Position numbers and translations under genes: made by a program. From IMG/VR virus record IMGVR_UViG_2541047847_000004: DNA of 54,394 bases. One strand, given 5' to 3'. This document shows positions 31,050 to 40,757 of this stretch, in pieces. The stretch comes from a virus. Lineage: Duplodnaviria; Heunggongvirae; Uroviricota; Caudoviricetes. The notes under the pieces were generated by a model. It saw nothing but the letters and a program-made list of their open reading frames with translations. It was not told the origin of the DNA and did no database searches. Numbering within the stretch: position 1 is the stretch's first letter; the number at the start of each line of letters is the position of its first letter.

Positions 31050-31987
31050 CCCCTGAATCCTGCCGGGATCTGGCTGTAGTCCACGTTGTCGTAACTGGCT
31101 TTGAAGTACGGGTCTTCGCGTTTTTCGGTGTACGTGCTGACGGACGGCGATAAGCGCAGGGAAAGCTCATCCCATTTTTCCCGCAACTTCGACGGGCTGA
31201 GCACGTTACGGCACCAGAACGGATCGCGGCTGACGCGGCTGTACATCTCGCAGATTTGTTTGTGAGTACGACCATCCTGCACACACATCAGGCGAATTTC
31301 GTTTGCCCATGCTGTCCAGTTAGGTTCTTTGGGACGAACCACCTCGCCGTCACATTCGGCGGCCTGCTCGTACAGGGCGATGATTTTTTTCCAGAGCCAC
31401 TGTGCGCAGGTCAAATCATCCTGCGTCCCCCACTGGCGCTTTTTAGGGCTGAATACAACCGCATCAGGATGGCGAGTTAAAAAATCCTGTTCATCCGTCT
31501 GCGTGTCCGGTTGCGAAGCGTCCGGACGAGAAGGTTTTTTATCTGACGGATCATGTTTTGATTTTACTGACGGATCCCCGCCAGATTCTGACGGGTGAAA
31601 ACCCGCTTTTTTGCCAGATTTCGACGCATCAAATTTTGACGGGTCAGATTTTGATGCGTCAGATTTTGACGGGTCAGAATCTGACAGTTGAGAAAATGCC
31701 GCTGCCTGAAGCTTCGCAACGTTAAGCTGATAAACATTCGACGCATTGCGGTTACCCTGGCGACGCGCCTTACGCGTTAACCAGCCTTCTGCTTCCAGCC
31801 GTGCGATAGCCGTTCTGACGGTACTCATCCCCGCGCCAATCTGACGGGCAATAGTTTCAATTGATGGCCAGCACACACCTTCGTCATTACTGAAATCAGC
31901 CAGGCGGGCCATAATTGCCACGCTGGATAATTTCATGCCTGACGCAGCGCAACCATCCCATACATAGCCGGTTAATTTAGTGCTCAT
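31046..31987 (-). CDS. Replication initiator (lambda O-like) with internal iterons
   Basis: 313 aa, HTH-like N-terminus, internal Asp/Ser/Lys repeat region encoded by 15-bp iterons. Confidence 0.65.
   Translation of the reverse strand: MSTKLTGYVWDGCAASGMKLSSVAIMARLADFSNDEGVCWPSIETIARQIGAGMSTVRTAIARLEAEGWLTRKARRQGNRNASNVYQLNVAKLQAAAFSQLSDSDPSKSDASKSDPSKFDASKSGKKAGFHPSESGGDPSVKSKHDPSDKKPSRPDASQPDTQTDEQDFLTRHPDAVVFSPKKRQWGTQDDLTCAQWLWKKIIALYEQAAECDGEVVRPKEPNWTAWANEIRLMCVQDGRTHKQICEMYSRVSRDPFWCRNVLSPSKLREKWDELSLRLSPSVSTYTEKREDPYFKASYDNVDYSQIPAGFRG
31540..31690. repeat. Origin-like iteron array inside the O-like gene
   Basis: About eight copies of a ~15-bp unit (consensus agattttgacgggtc), five of them contiguous at 31616-31690. 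Confidence 0.6.
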
Positions 31988-31996
31988 GACCGACCT

Positions 31997-32335
31997 CTAT
32001 TTCCCTGAATTTACGACGAAACTGTTCGAGCGGGCTAAAGCACTCATGCTCATAGCCTTCACGGAGGTAGATAACCCGTTGTGTTTCCGGCTCCCAACGA
32101 ATGACTCTGACGGGCACTCCGTAGTGATCTTTGAACCAGCGGTTAACTTGTCGCAAAGGACTGTCTCCTTCTGCCGGTTGAAATCCCCCACAGCCCACTC
32201 AGCAAAGCTGTGGGTTACAATTTCCCTGTCACCTGGTACATTTACTGCATAGCAATACTCCACCTTCGCTTTTCCACCCGGTACAGGAAGCGCAATCAGT
32301 TGCGAGCGACGGTAGTGTGTTGTTAAACTGTTCAT
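31997..32335 (-). CDS. Hypothetical protein (YmfM-like by size and position)
   Basis: 112 aa; start overlaps upstream stop (coupled). Competes with an overlapping 73-aa ORF in another frame. Confidence 0.35.
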   Translation of the reverse strand: MNSLTTHYRRSQLIALPVPGGKAKVEYCYAVNVPGDREIVTHSFAEWAVGDFNRQKETVLCDKLTAGSKITTECPSESFVGSRKHNGLSTSVKAMSMSALARSNSFVVNSGK

Positions 32336-32889
32336 GCGTTAGTTTCTCCACAACCAGAAGCAATCGACGCCACGACGCCCGGAGCTGCACACTCGCGGGC
32401 GTCATTACTTTCTGAAACGCAAAAAATTTTGTAGACAAGTGCTGCATGCTCCTGCAGCTTCGAAATTGAGAGGTACAGCTCGTCGTTAATTGCTGTCTTC
32501 TCATGCGGTTCCACTACACCGTCTTCGATTGCCGAACGAATCTGTTTTGAATAACTGCCGATCTGTTCAATGACTTCCAGTAAACGCTGGTTAATATCGG
32601 CATTGTCCACATCCTCGACGTCAGGAAGAGACACAAAGACGCCATTTGCAGACTGCGCCACAGCGTCAGCAATGAAGTGAGTGCCACCAGCACGTTGTAA
32701 AATCATTGCCCATCCCAGCGGGAAAATCTGATCGCCATCGGCACGAAGGCGGTTAAATAATGCGTTCTCTGTTACATCCAGCCACTCAGCAGCTTCAGCG
32801 TAACCCCCCGGCAACGCCGCGATAGTTTTTCTGACAGCTTTCACGTACCACTCAGGCTGTTTTTCCACTTTCCAGTGATGATTACCCAC
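32332..32889 (-). CDS. Early regulatory-region protein (YmfL-like)
   Basis: 185 aa directly downstream of cro-like gene. Confidence 0.5.
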   Translation of the reverse strand: MGNHHWKVEKQPEWYVKAVRKTIAALPGGYAEAAEWLDVTENALFNRLRADGDQIFPLGWAMILQRAGGTHFIADAVAQSANGVFVSLPDVEDVDNADINQRLLEVIEQIGSYSKQIRSAIEDGVVEPHEKTAINDELYLSISKLQEHAALVYKIFCVSESNDARECAAPGVVASIASGCGETNA

Positions 32890-33142
32890 GGCTTACCTCC
32901 TGTTCCTGTGGTTTAAACCCATTCTGGTTTTGGCTAGATTGAAAACGTGCCGGATAAAGAATCTGCATTTCGCTGATTTCACCCTTAAAAAAATTGGCCA
33001 GACGTTCTGCAAGATCGATAGATGGAATTTGTTCCAGTCTTTCAATACGACTCAGCGTCGCTGGATTGACCTGAACGCCAGCAGCAACATGCTGCAAAGT
33101 AAATCCGTGCGCCTTACGCACATTCCGTAATGGTGATTGCAT
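32882..33142 (-). CDS. Cro-like HTH regulator (XRE family)
   Basis: 86 aa, HTH GFTLQHVAAGVQVNPATLSRIE; divergent from cI. Confidence 0.7.
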   Translation of the reverse strand: MQSPLRNVRKAHGFTLQHVAAGVQVNPATLSRIERLEQIPSIDLAERLANFFKGEISEMQILYPARFQSSQNQNGFKPQEQEVSRG

Positions 33143-33239
33143 ATGACCTCCACATATTGCGTGATAAGCATATTATTTCACGCAAATATTTTGCGCAAGT
33201 TGATTTGCTTAACGCGCAATAAAGAAATGTAATAAACGC
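33143..33239. promoter_or_regulatory. Genetic switch region with operator-like inverted repeats and divergent promoters
   Basis: TTGCGTGA-N13-TCACGCAA (33157-33185) and TTGCGC-N17-GCGCAA (33191-33219) between cro and cI. Confidence 0.55.
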
Positions 33240-33932
33240 ATGAACATAGGAAACCGAGTCAGACAACTTCGCCAGGCGAAGAACATGAAAATCGCCGATC
33301 TCGCTGAAGCAATAGGAGTGGATGCGGCGAATATCTCACGCCTGGAAACAGGTAAGCAGAAACAATTCACTGAACAAGCCCTGAGTAATATTGCCAGGAG
33401 CTTAGGTGTTGATATTGCTGATCTCTTTACCTCAGACTTCAAAAGTAATACTGTATGTAAAAACAGTATTAGTGAGGATGTTGCGCAGGTGAAGGATGTA
33501 TTCCGTATTGAAATGCTGGATGTCAGTGCCAGTGCGGGAAATGGCCTTATCCAGGGCGGTGATGTCATTGATGTGATTCATGCCATTGAATACAGAACTG
33601 ATAATGCTGTATCGATGTTTGGCGGACGGCCAGCCAATCACATTAAAGTTATCAACGTTCGTGGGGACAGTATGTGTCCAACCATTGAGCCAGGAGATCT
33701 CATCTTCGTTGATGTCAGTATCAATCAGTTTGATGGAGATGGTATCTATGTATTTGGTTTTGATGATAAAATTTATGTCAAACGACTGCAAATGATACCT
33801 GACAAACTACTGGTGATTTCTGATAACCAGATTTACCGTGAATGGGGAATTACCAGCGAAAATGAACACCGGTTTATGGTCTTTGGAAAGGTCTTAATCA
33901 GCCAGTCACAAACCCTTAAGCGACACAATTAA
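33240..33932 (+). CDS. CI-like repressor (HTH + S24 LexA-type autopeptidase)
   Basis: 230 aa; N-terminal HTH, C-terminal VRGDSMCPT...KR Ser/Lys dyad. Confidence 0.85.
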   Translation: MNIGNRVRQLRQAKNMKIADLAEAIGVDAANISRLETGKQKQFTEQALSNIARSLGVDIADLFTSDFKSNTVCKNSISEDVAQVKDVFRIEMLDVSASAGNGLIQGGDVIDVIHAIEYRTDNAVSMFGGRPANHIKVINVRGDSMCPTIEPGDLIFVDVSINQFDGDGIYVFGFDDKIYVKRLQMIPDKLLVISDNQIYREWGITSENEHRFMVFGKVLISQSQTLKRHN

Positions 33933-33952
33933 CCCTTACCTCCTCATCAATT

Positions 33953-33976
33953 AGCCACCCAAAGGTGGCTTTTCAT
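33953..33976 (+). terminator. Intrinsic terminator after cI
   Basis: agccacc-caa-ggtggct followed by tttcatt. Confidence 0.55.
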
Positions 33977-33986
33977 TACCCTTTAA

Positions 33987-34045
33987 ATTGCATATCTCGC
34001 AACAAAAACACTTGCATAATGCGCAACTTCATTTTATCTTTCTTT
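33987..34045 (+). promoter_or_regulatory. Second operator/promoter region (PL-like)
   Basis: TTGCATATCTCGCAA and TTGCATAATGCGCAA resemble the cro/cI operator half-sites; TTGCAT...TTATCT spaced like -35/-10. Confidence 0.35.
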
Positions 34046-34634
34046 CCAGACAAACAAACAAGGTACTAACAAAATTTGGTTGTAACACGGCGTATGGCAC
34101 ATGCGTCGTTAGCGGTCTGGGGACGTTAAAGGGGACAATCCACTCCTTGCTCGGGCAAACAAACCAGGTAGCCGGAATGTGCAAGTCAATGATGATGCTG
34201 ATAAGACGCCTAACCAGCGTGGCGATTCGGTTTGACGCCTGGGAAGAGACCAGGGTGCAACGATGAGGGCATTTATGGAGCCGCGACAAAGTGTGGTGCT
34301 GTAACTGGCTAAGTGCTCTCAGCGTTGTGGTAATCCGCGAAATGGCGCGGCGGTAAGTATGGCGGGGTTACTCTTTCCCCGTTGAGGACACCGGATTGTC
34401 AGGTTGACCATACGCCTGAGTGACAAGCCCACCACAACAGCCACTGCTTTGGCGGTACCAGTTTGTACACTTGCTTCCGGCTGGTACCGCTCTTTTTACA
34501 AAACAGAGAAGAGCATCACCGGACGACGGGCTCATAACCCAATCCATCCGGGCGGCTGCCACCGCAGGTGTTCTTCTCTGTTTTGTGGAGAAACCAACCG
34601 ACCTTGCAGGGTCGATATGATGAGGAGCAGCAAA

Positions 34635-34997
34635 ATGGCTAGCGAACGCAGTACTGATGTGCAGGCATTTATCGGGGAGCTGGACGGCGGCGTATTTGAA
34701 ACCAAAATCGGCGCAGTTCTCAGTGAAGTCGCTTCCGGTGTGATGAACACAAAAACCAAAGGTAAGGTCTCACTCAACCTGGAAATCGAACCATTTGATG
34801 AGAACCGTGTGAAAATCAAACACAAACTCTCATATGTTCGCCCGACTAACCGCGGGAAAATTTCCGAAGAAGACACCACCGAAACGCCGATGTATGTCAA
34901 TCGCGGTGGTCGCCTGACTATTCTGCAGGAAGACCAGGGACAATTACTGACTCTTGCCGGTGAACCTGACGGAAAACTACGCGCAGCAGGTCATTAA
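34635..34997 (+). CDS. YfdP-like hypothetical protein
   Basis: 120 aa from ATG 34635 (AGGAG 7 nt upstream); long TTG-initiated upstream extension in the track rejected. Confidence 0.45.
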   Translation: MASERSTDVQAFIGELDGGVFETKIGAVLSEVASGVMNTKTKGKVSLNLEIEPFDENRVKIKHKLSYVRPTNRGKISEEDTTETPMYVNRGGRLTILQEDQGQLLTLAGEPDGKLRAAGH

Positions 34998-35062
34998 TAT
35001 CGTTCTTAATTAACTGATTATTTATCTCATCACTGAATATCTTTATATAGTGAGGACTTATT

Positions 35063-35887
35063 ATGTCTCAGAACTTAGACGCAACCGCAATTAATCAAAT
35101 CCATGCCCTTATTTCTGCTCAGGGTGTTAATGAAATTATCAGTAAGATTGGTGCCGATGCTGTGGCATTGCCTGAGAATTTCCGCATTCATGATCTGGAA
35201 AAATTTAATTTAAATCGCTTCCGTTTCCGTGGCGCGCTTTCCACTGCCAGCATCGATGATTTTACCCGTTATTCTAAAGATCTTGCGGATGAAGGCACCC
35301 GCTGCTTTATCGATGCCGATAATATGCGTGCCGTCAGTGTGCTTAACCTGGGTACTATTGATGAGCCTGGTCACGCAGATAACACCGCCACTCTCAAACT
35401 GAAAAAGACAGCACCGTTCTCTGCTCTGTTGTCTGTTAACGGCGAGCGTAACTCCCAGAAGTCACTGGCAGAATGGATTGAAGACTGGGCCGACTACCTT
35501 GTGGGCTTTGATGCTAATGGTGATGCCATTCAGGCAACAAAAGCGGCTGCGGCAGTCCGTAAAATCACGATTGAAGCAAACCAGACCGCTGATTTTGAAG
35601 ACAATGACTTCAGCGGCAAACGCTCCCTGATGGAGTCTGTCGAAGCGAAGACCAAAGATATTATGCCAGTGGCATTTGAATTTAAATGCGTTCCGTTTGA
35701 AGGCCTGAAAGAACGTCCGTTTAAATTACGCCTCAGCATTATCACTGGCGATCGTCCTGTACTGGTTCTGCGCATTATTCAGCTGGAAGCAGTGCAGGAA
35801 GAAATGGCTAACGAATTTCGTGATCTGCTTGTTGAGAAATTCAAGGACAGCAAAGTAGAAACCTTTATTGGTACTTTTACCGCCTGA
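35063..35887 (+). CDS. YfdQ-like protein (DUF2303-type)
   Basis: 274 aa, same length and neighbourhood as CPS-53 YfdQ; assignment from memory. Confidence 0.5.
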   Translation: MSQNLDATAINQIHALISAQGVNEIISKIGADAVALPENFRIHDLEKFNLNRFRFRGALSTASIDDFTRYSKDLADEGTRCFIDADNMRAVSVLNLGTIDEPGHADNTATLKLKKTAPFSALLSVNGERNSQKSLAEWIEDWADYLVGFDANGDAIQATKAAAAVRKITIEANQTADFEDNDFSGKRSLMESVEAKTKDIMPVAFEFKCVPFEGLKERPFKLRLSIITGDRPVLVLRIIQLEAVQEEMANEFRDLLVEKFKDSKVETFIGTFTA

Positions 35888-36014
35888 TTTCATTACTGCA
35901 AATGCCCCTGCGGGGGCATTTATGGAAACGTAATTGACTCAATAATCGCCGGATGGTGAGGGCTTTCTTTTACCAGAATTCAGCGCGGTGCAGCGCATAT
36001 ACGTGGAGAACAAA

Positions 36015-36539
36015 ATGTCATTTATTAAAACTTTTTCCGGGAAGCATTTTTATTATGACAGGATAAATAAAGACGACATCGTTATTAACGATATCGCGGT
36101 TTCTCTTTCAAATATCTGTCGCTTTGCAGGACATCTTTCACATTTCTACAGCGTCGCCCAACATGCGGTGCTTTGCAGCCAACTGGTACCGCAGGAATTT
36201 GCTTTTGAAGCGTTAATGCATGATGCAACAGAAGCGTATTGCCAGGACATCCCGGCGCCACTGAAACGCCTTCTTCCTGACTATAAACGGATGGAAGAAA
36301 AAATAGACGCCGTAATCCGTGAGAAATACGGGTTACCCCCGGTTATGAGTACGCCCGTGAAATATGCCGATCTCATCATGCTGGCAACCGAACGCCGCGA
36401 TCTCGGGCTTGATGATGGCTCTTTCTGGCCCGTACTGGAAGGTATCCCGGCAACAGAGATGTTCAAAGTTATTCCACTGTCGCCAGGCCATACCTATGGG
36501 ATGTTTATGGAACGCTTTAAAGAGTTAACTGAGTCGTAA
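36015..36539 (+). CDS. HD-domain phosphohydrolase (YfdR-like 5'-deoxynucleotidase)
   Basis: H...HD...E...D metal-binding pattern (FAGHLSHFYSVAQHAV...MHDATEAY...D); start at ATG 36015 with GGAGA upstream. Confidence 0.6.
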   Translation: MSFIKTFSGKHFYYDRINKDDIVINDIAVSLSNICRFAGHLSHFYSVAQHAVLCSQLVPQEFAFEALMHDATEAYCQDIPAPLKRLLPDYKRMEEKIDAVIREKYGLPPVMSTPVKYADLIMLATERRDLGLDDGSFWPVLEGIPATEMFKVIPLSPGHTYGMFMERFKELTES

Positions 36540-36647
36540 AAATCAGCACGTACGAATTCAAACTCTGCCATAAAAGAACATATAAGTAATTTATTAACAT
36601 ATAGATATAGGTTATATTACAAATTGAAAAATTATTGGAGAGCAACA

Positions 36648-37514
36648 ATGAATCAAAATCCATTCTCATTCTATGACTTTCTTGGATATTTAATACCAGG
36701 TGGTTTTTTTATCCTATTAATGTATTTCTGTGGTTTGACATTCGATCTAGATATTGTTATTGACTTAAGTGAATTACTCAGAGGTCAAAGTCAAATCTTT
36801 GGCATTTTGAACTACGCTTCAATAGTTATTATATCTTATATAGCTGGACATTTTATTTCTATCACGTCAGCATTTTTTATCGAAAAATACATGAATAAAG
36901 AATTAGGATATCCTTCCAAATATCTATTTAAAAAATTGATAGATACCTCAGAAAGCATTTGTAGCCCATCATGCGATGAGAGAAGCGCTGATAAAAAAAC
37001 AAAAATAAAGAATCGCATAATCAAATGCGTATTATGTCCAATAATACTATGGGATTTTATAACACAAAAACTATGTTATTCTCAATCTCTACCATTTCAT
37101 TTAGCTAATACAACATGGTTAATGATCAAAGAAGGTTATGAGAAAAAGTTCATAACAAATCGCCAATTATTACAAGATAAAAACGGACTTGATGATGATC
37201 TCTTCAGATTGGCATATCATTATGTTTATGAGTTTTCAAAACAACATCAAACAAAAATTCAAAACTATGTTGCATTATATGGTTTTTGCAGAAACATATG
37301 TTTAATCTTTATAATTTCATTTTGGGTATCAGTTCCAACCTTTATTTATCGATTATGTACTCATAGTGATTATCTTTATAGTTTACTTTCAATAATGCTT
37401 AGCTTTTTCTTCGTCTATGTTTTCTATGTTGGTTTTGTTAAATTTTATAGAAGATATACTTTAGAAGTATTAATGGCATTTGCTGTACTTCAAAGTAACG
37501 ACACTATTCGTTAA
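36648..37514 (+). CDS. Polytopic membrane protein of unknown function (AT-rich moron)
   Basis: 288 aa from ATG 36648 (GGAG upstream); at least four hydrophobic helices; markedly lower GC than flanking phage genes. Confidence 0.5.
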   Translation: MNQNPFSFYDFLGYLIPGGFFILLMYFCGLTFDLDIVIDLSELLRGQSQIFGILNYASIVIISYIAGHFISITSAFFIEKYMNKELGYPSKYLFKKLIDTSESICSPSCDERSADKKTKIKNRIIKCVLCPIILWDFITQKLCYSQSLPFHLANTTWLMIKEGYEKKFITNRQLLQDKNGLDDDLFRLAYHYVYEFSKQHQTKIQNYVALYGFCRNICLIFIISFWVSVPTFIYRLCTHSDYLYSLLSIMLSFFFVYVFYVGFVKFYRRYTLEVLMAFAVLQSNDTIR

Positions 37515-37516
37515 TA

Positions 37517-37762
37517 ATGTTGCTCCCGTGTGCAGACGGGATAATGGAGAAACGTATGCTGAACCTCGATTGTGTTCCTATCTCAACTTATTGCAAAGAA
37601 ACTGGCGAAACTCCTGAAGCAATAAACAAACGTGTACAGCGCGGTGTTTGGCGTGAAGGTGTTCAGGTTTTAAAGGTTGAAGGCGTTAAGGAGAGGTGGA
37701 TTGATCTTAGTGAGGTTGCAAAATGGGCCAGACAAAACTGCTCAAACTACCGCGCGGCGTAA
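37517..37762 (+). CDS. xis: Excisionase-like protein
   Basis: Small basic ORF directly upstream of and overlapping int; alternative start at 37556 (GGAG + 6 nt). Confidence 0.5.
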   Translation: MLLPCADGIMEKRMLNLDCVPISTYCKETGETPEAINKRVQRGVWREGVQVLKVEGVKERWIDLSEVAKWARQNCSNYRAA

Positions 37763-38895
37763 CAATCAGGAAACACCGCCAGGGAGAAACGATCAATATA
37801 ACTTTCACCTACAAAGGAGTTAGATGTCGTGAGCCGCTTTCCAATCTGGAAGTAACACCAAAGAACATTAAATACGCCGAGCGTACACTCGGCGAAATCC
37901 ATAATAAGATCGAAAGGGGAACATTCATTTATGCAGAATATTTTCCCCGTTCTGCTCGTTTGAAAATTTTTGGTAATGCTGCTGCAGGCAAAACGGTAAA
38001 GGTGTACCTGGACGAATATCTTGAAATCTGCGAAACAAGAAAACTTTCACCCTCTACGATTGGTGGCTATAAAAAATGCCGTAGTGCGTTAGCCTCACTT
38101 CACATTTGCCCTGCAAGTGAATTAACACCAGCAACCCTGAAAGCGTGGATTCAAAGCCAGAAAACAACCTTAAAAACCATTCGCAACCAGTTATCTTTCC
38201 TACGGTCAGCACTTGATGAAGCCGTGACCGATGGGGTACTTCAAATTAACCCCGTATCGTTAGTAACAGCTTCGCGCTACCAAAGTGATAAGTCAGAAGC
38301 AGAAAGCAGCTATGTGGTTGATCCGCTATCACCAGCAGAAGTTGATGCATTACTAGCAGCAGCCGGAAACAAACAATGGGAAAATCTGTTCCGGTTCGCC
38401 ATACATACAGGCCTGCGTAGTTCTGAATTATGTGCCCTACGATGGCATGATATCGACTTTGTTGGAAAAACAGCCCATGTTCAGAGCGCAAGTGTTGTCG
38501 GAGTTATCAAAGGAACAAAGACAAAAGCCGGTACCCGTAAAGTTGAACTGACTGAAGAAGCAATGTTGGCGTTGATAAACCAGAAGCCATTTACATTCAT
38601 GAAGGATGCTACTGTCTTTGAAGATCCAAAGACCAATAAACCCTGGGCAAGTGCTGATGCAATTAGGAAAAAAGCATGGGTGCCAACATTGCGAAAAGCA
38701 GGTATTCGTTACAGAAACCCATATCAAACCAGGCATACATTCGCCACCAGCCATATCAGCCGGGGAGCAAACCTGTTTTGGCTTGCGGCTCAAATGGGCC
38801 ATAAAGGGCCTGAAATGTTATTCAGGCACTATGGACAATACTTGAAAGAGTATGATGGGAGGGCAAGTATCAAGGATAAAAAGGCTTTATTTTAA
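37723..38895 (+). CDS. int: Tyrosine integrase (prophage)
   Basis: 390 aa; C-terminal R...H..R...Y catalytic pattern (HTFATSHISRGANLF...LGHKGPEMLFRHYGQY). Confidence 0.85.
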   Translation: MGQTKLLKLPRGVTIRKHRQGETINITFTYKGVRCREPLSNLEVTPKNIKYAERTLGEIHNKIERGTFIYAEYFPRSARLKIFGNAAAGKTVKVYLDEYLEICETRKLSPSTIGGYKKCRSALASLHICPASELTPATLKAWIQSQKTTLKTIRNQLSFLRSALDEAVTDGVLQINPVSLVTASRYQSDKSEAESSYVVDPLSPAEVDALLAAAGNKQWENLFRFAIHTGLRSSELCALRWHDIDFVGKTAHVQSASVVGVIKGTKTKAGTRKVELTEEAMLALINQKPFTFMKDATVFEDPKTNKPWASADAIRKKAWVPTLRKAGIRYRNPYQTRHTFATSHISRGANLFWLAAQMGHKGPEMLFRHYGQYLKEYDGRASIKDKKALF

Positions 38896-39504
38896 GTCAT
38901 TATGCCAATCGTCTACTGTTTGAAACCAAATTTTTAACCTTTGCATAAAGGTACGATCCTTTTTGGGAGGGTGGTACCTTTGAAAAGAAGTATGTAACGC
39001 TTCGATAACTCCCATACAAGCATCAATTACTTCTTGTGCTTTAACCGGGCGATCGGTATCTGAAAGCTTGTGAGCGACCTCACAATCCAGAGTTGCTTTC
39101 TCTAGTACAGATGAGAACACCTCGTCAGGTATATACAGTCCTCTGCTTTCCAAAATGCAAATCAGTTTGGAAACTTGTTGAGCTTTAGCCAAGATAGTTA
39201 ACAAGTATGAAACAGAAGCCTTTGTTCTATCCTTTTGCAACCTTAACAATCGATGCTTTGATGCTCTAATTTTAGGTTGAGTTGTCTGACTGAGCCAATA
39301 GTTAGAAGAAATATCAGAAATTTCAATAACTAACTTTGAAATAGCATCAATAATTGATTTCGATTCAGAACGTGTCGCCAGTTTTACAGAATTATTGTAC
39401 GCAACTCGCCATCCAATGAAAACTAAGCAGACGCTAACTACTGTGATACACCACGAATACTGTCCTATTTGTGCTACTAATGACATTGGTTCCGTACTGA
39501 TCAA
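38887..39504 (-). CDS. Membrane-anchored protein, third gene of GHKL operon
   Basis: 205 aa, single N-terminal TM helix (WCITVVSVCLVFIGW) then largely helical soluble part; 10-nt gap to upstream gene; 3' end overlaps int 3' end. Confidence 0.45.
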   Translation of the reverse strand: MISTEPMSLVAQIGQYSWCITVVSVCLVFIGWRVAYNNSVKLATRSESKSIIDAISKLVIEISDISSNYWLSQTTQPKIRASKHRLLRLQKDRTKASVSYLLTILAKAQQVSKLICILESRGLYIPDEVFSSVLEKATLDCEVAHKLSDTDRPVKAQEVIDACMGVIEALHTSFQRYHPPKKDRTFMQRLKIWFQTVDDWHNDLK

Positions 39505-39514
39505 CTATCGCCTC

Positions 39515-39841
39515 TTATACTCTTTCTGGTTGTGCTAAATCAATAAATTTATCAATCTGTTCTTTGTAGAACGGAACATCACTTTTTATAATCAAACGTG
39601 CTTTAACGTTGGCTTTAGGTATCCCTTCCTTACGGATGAGACCTCCAAACGCCTCTTCTAAGAAAGAGGAACCAACACCCAGTGCTATACCGCGAAAATC
39701 AACCACAATCTCCTGTTCAGTACCCTTCAGCGCAGGCACCAAAAACTCTCTACGAAATCTTTCCGCACTGTGTGGGCTATCCGTTGTGTAACGTCCGAAA
39801 GGTGTTCTGGAGAACTCCTTCGCTATGACGATATTTCTCAT
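39515..39841 (-). CDS. Small soluble protein, possibly STAS-like (DUF4325-type)
   Basis: 108 aa; 4-nt gap from upstream GHKL gene; family guess from memory of sequence pattern, unverified. Confidence 0.4.
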   Translation of the reverse strand: MRNIVIAKEFSRTPFGRYTTDSPHSAERFRREFLVPALKGTEQEIVVDFRGIALGVGSSFLEEAFGGLIRKEGIPKANVKARLIIKSDVPFYKEQIDKFIDLAQPERV

Positions 39842-39845
39842 AAAA

Positions 39846-40757
39846 TCATCTCCTGGGAACCAGCGACCATTGTAGTAAAGTACCCGGTATGTACTCAGCT
39901 AGCTTCTCACATCGAGGACTACTGTCATTAGAATTATAGCTATAACGAGCCCTTCCTGTTAGTATCAGAAGTGTCTCATTATCCTCACAACCTGCCCCAA
40001 TAGGTCTCTTGATATCTTCAGAGCCATTTCCCCGTCCGGAACCAACAAAGCGGGATTCCCCTACTAACATAGCTCTTTCCACAGAAGATACTTCGTTTTG
40101 AATGCTATGACCATCACCATTAGGCACGAAACTTCTATAAATCCCCAATCCAAGGTCACAAACGATAAAAACGACTTTATTTTCATCACGATTGAACCAA
40201 GCGCACTGCCACCATCGTTTACCTTTGAGAAGCTGAATATCTGACTCGAACCCCTCATCTTCATACGCATGATGAGAAACATTGAGCAAAGCTTCACTAA
40301 TCGCTGTCAGCAGTAAGCCTAACTGTTCATTATTAAGCAGAGCACTTTTCTGCAGCATGAGTACTGTTTCAACAATATGCTCGTAAGGTTCGACAGCTGA
40401 CTGAAAGTATCGTTCCTCCCTCGTAAGTGCATTCAGTTTCTCTTCTGTGCCAGCAAGCAAAGCACGAGCAAGTCCAGTACCAACGATCCATCTATGCCCA
40501 GATGGGTTATCATCCTTTTTAGGCCATTTAAAACGTATAAAATTAGGGTCCCGGGTTAAAAATTGAGCTCTATTTACTATGGCAAAGAACAGTACCGATG
40601 CCGCAGCTGAGGCAAATTTTACCTTGGACAAATCAACTATAACTCGACCTTTATTTTTTACTCCAATCGATTCAATCGAGTTGATGAAGTTCAATGTCCC
40701 AGCCCTAGAATCATCTGAGTAAATGCAAAATTTGCTTGGGGGTACCAGTATGGTCAT
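39846..40757 (-). CDS. GHKL-superfamily ATPase (histidine-kinase-like ATP-binding domain) with unassigned N-terminal region
   Basis: N-box SEALLNVSHHAY, G1 box VCDLGLGI, G2 box GSGRGNG in order in the C-terminal half; no HisKA/dimerisation domain or receiver visible. Confidence 0.55.
   Translation of the reverse strand: MTILVPPSKFCIYSDDSRAGTLNFINSIESIGVKNKGRVIVDLSKVKFASAAASVLFFAIVNRAQFLTRDPNFIRFKWPKKDDNPSGHRWIVGTGLARALLAGTEEKLNALTREERYFQSAVEPYEHIVETVLMLQKSALLNNEQLGLLLTAISEALLNVSHHAYEDEGFESDIQLLKGKRWWQCAWFNRDENKVVFIVCDLGLGIYRSFVPNGDGHSIQNEVSSVERAMLVGESRFVGSGRGNGSEDIKRPIGAGCEDNETLLILTGRARYSYNSNDSSPRCEKLAEYIPGTLLQWSLVPRR

Noticed and set aside
31977-32198. 73-aa ORF overlapping the O-like gene start
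   Set aside because: Overlaps the 112-aa ORF (31997-32335) in another frame; the latter is translationally coupled to the upstream gene. Either could be real; kept the coupled one at low confidence.
34404-34997. 197-aa ORF with TTG start and Arg-rich N-terminal extension (considered as a possible N-like antiterminator)
   Set aside because: Extension has no RBS and covers the structured leader; strong AGGAG-ATG at 34635 gives a 120-aa protein of the expected size. No ARM-like N motif.
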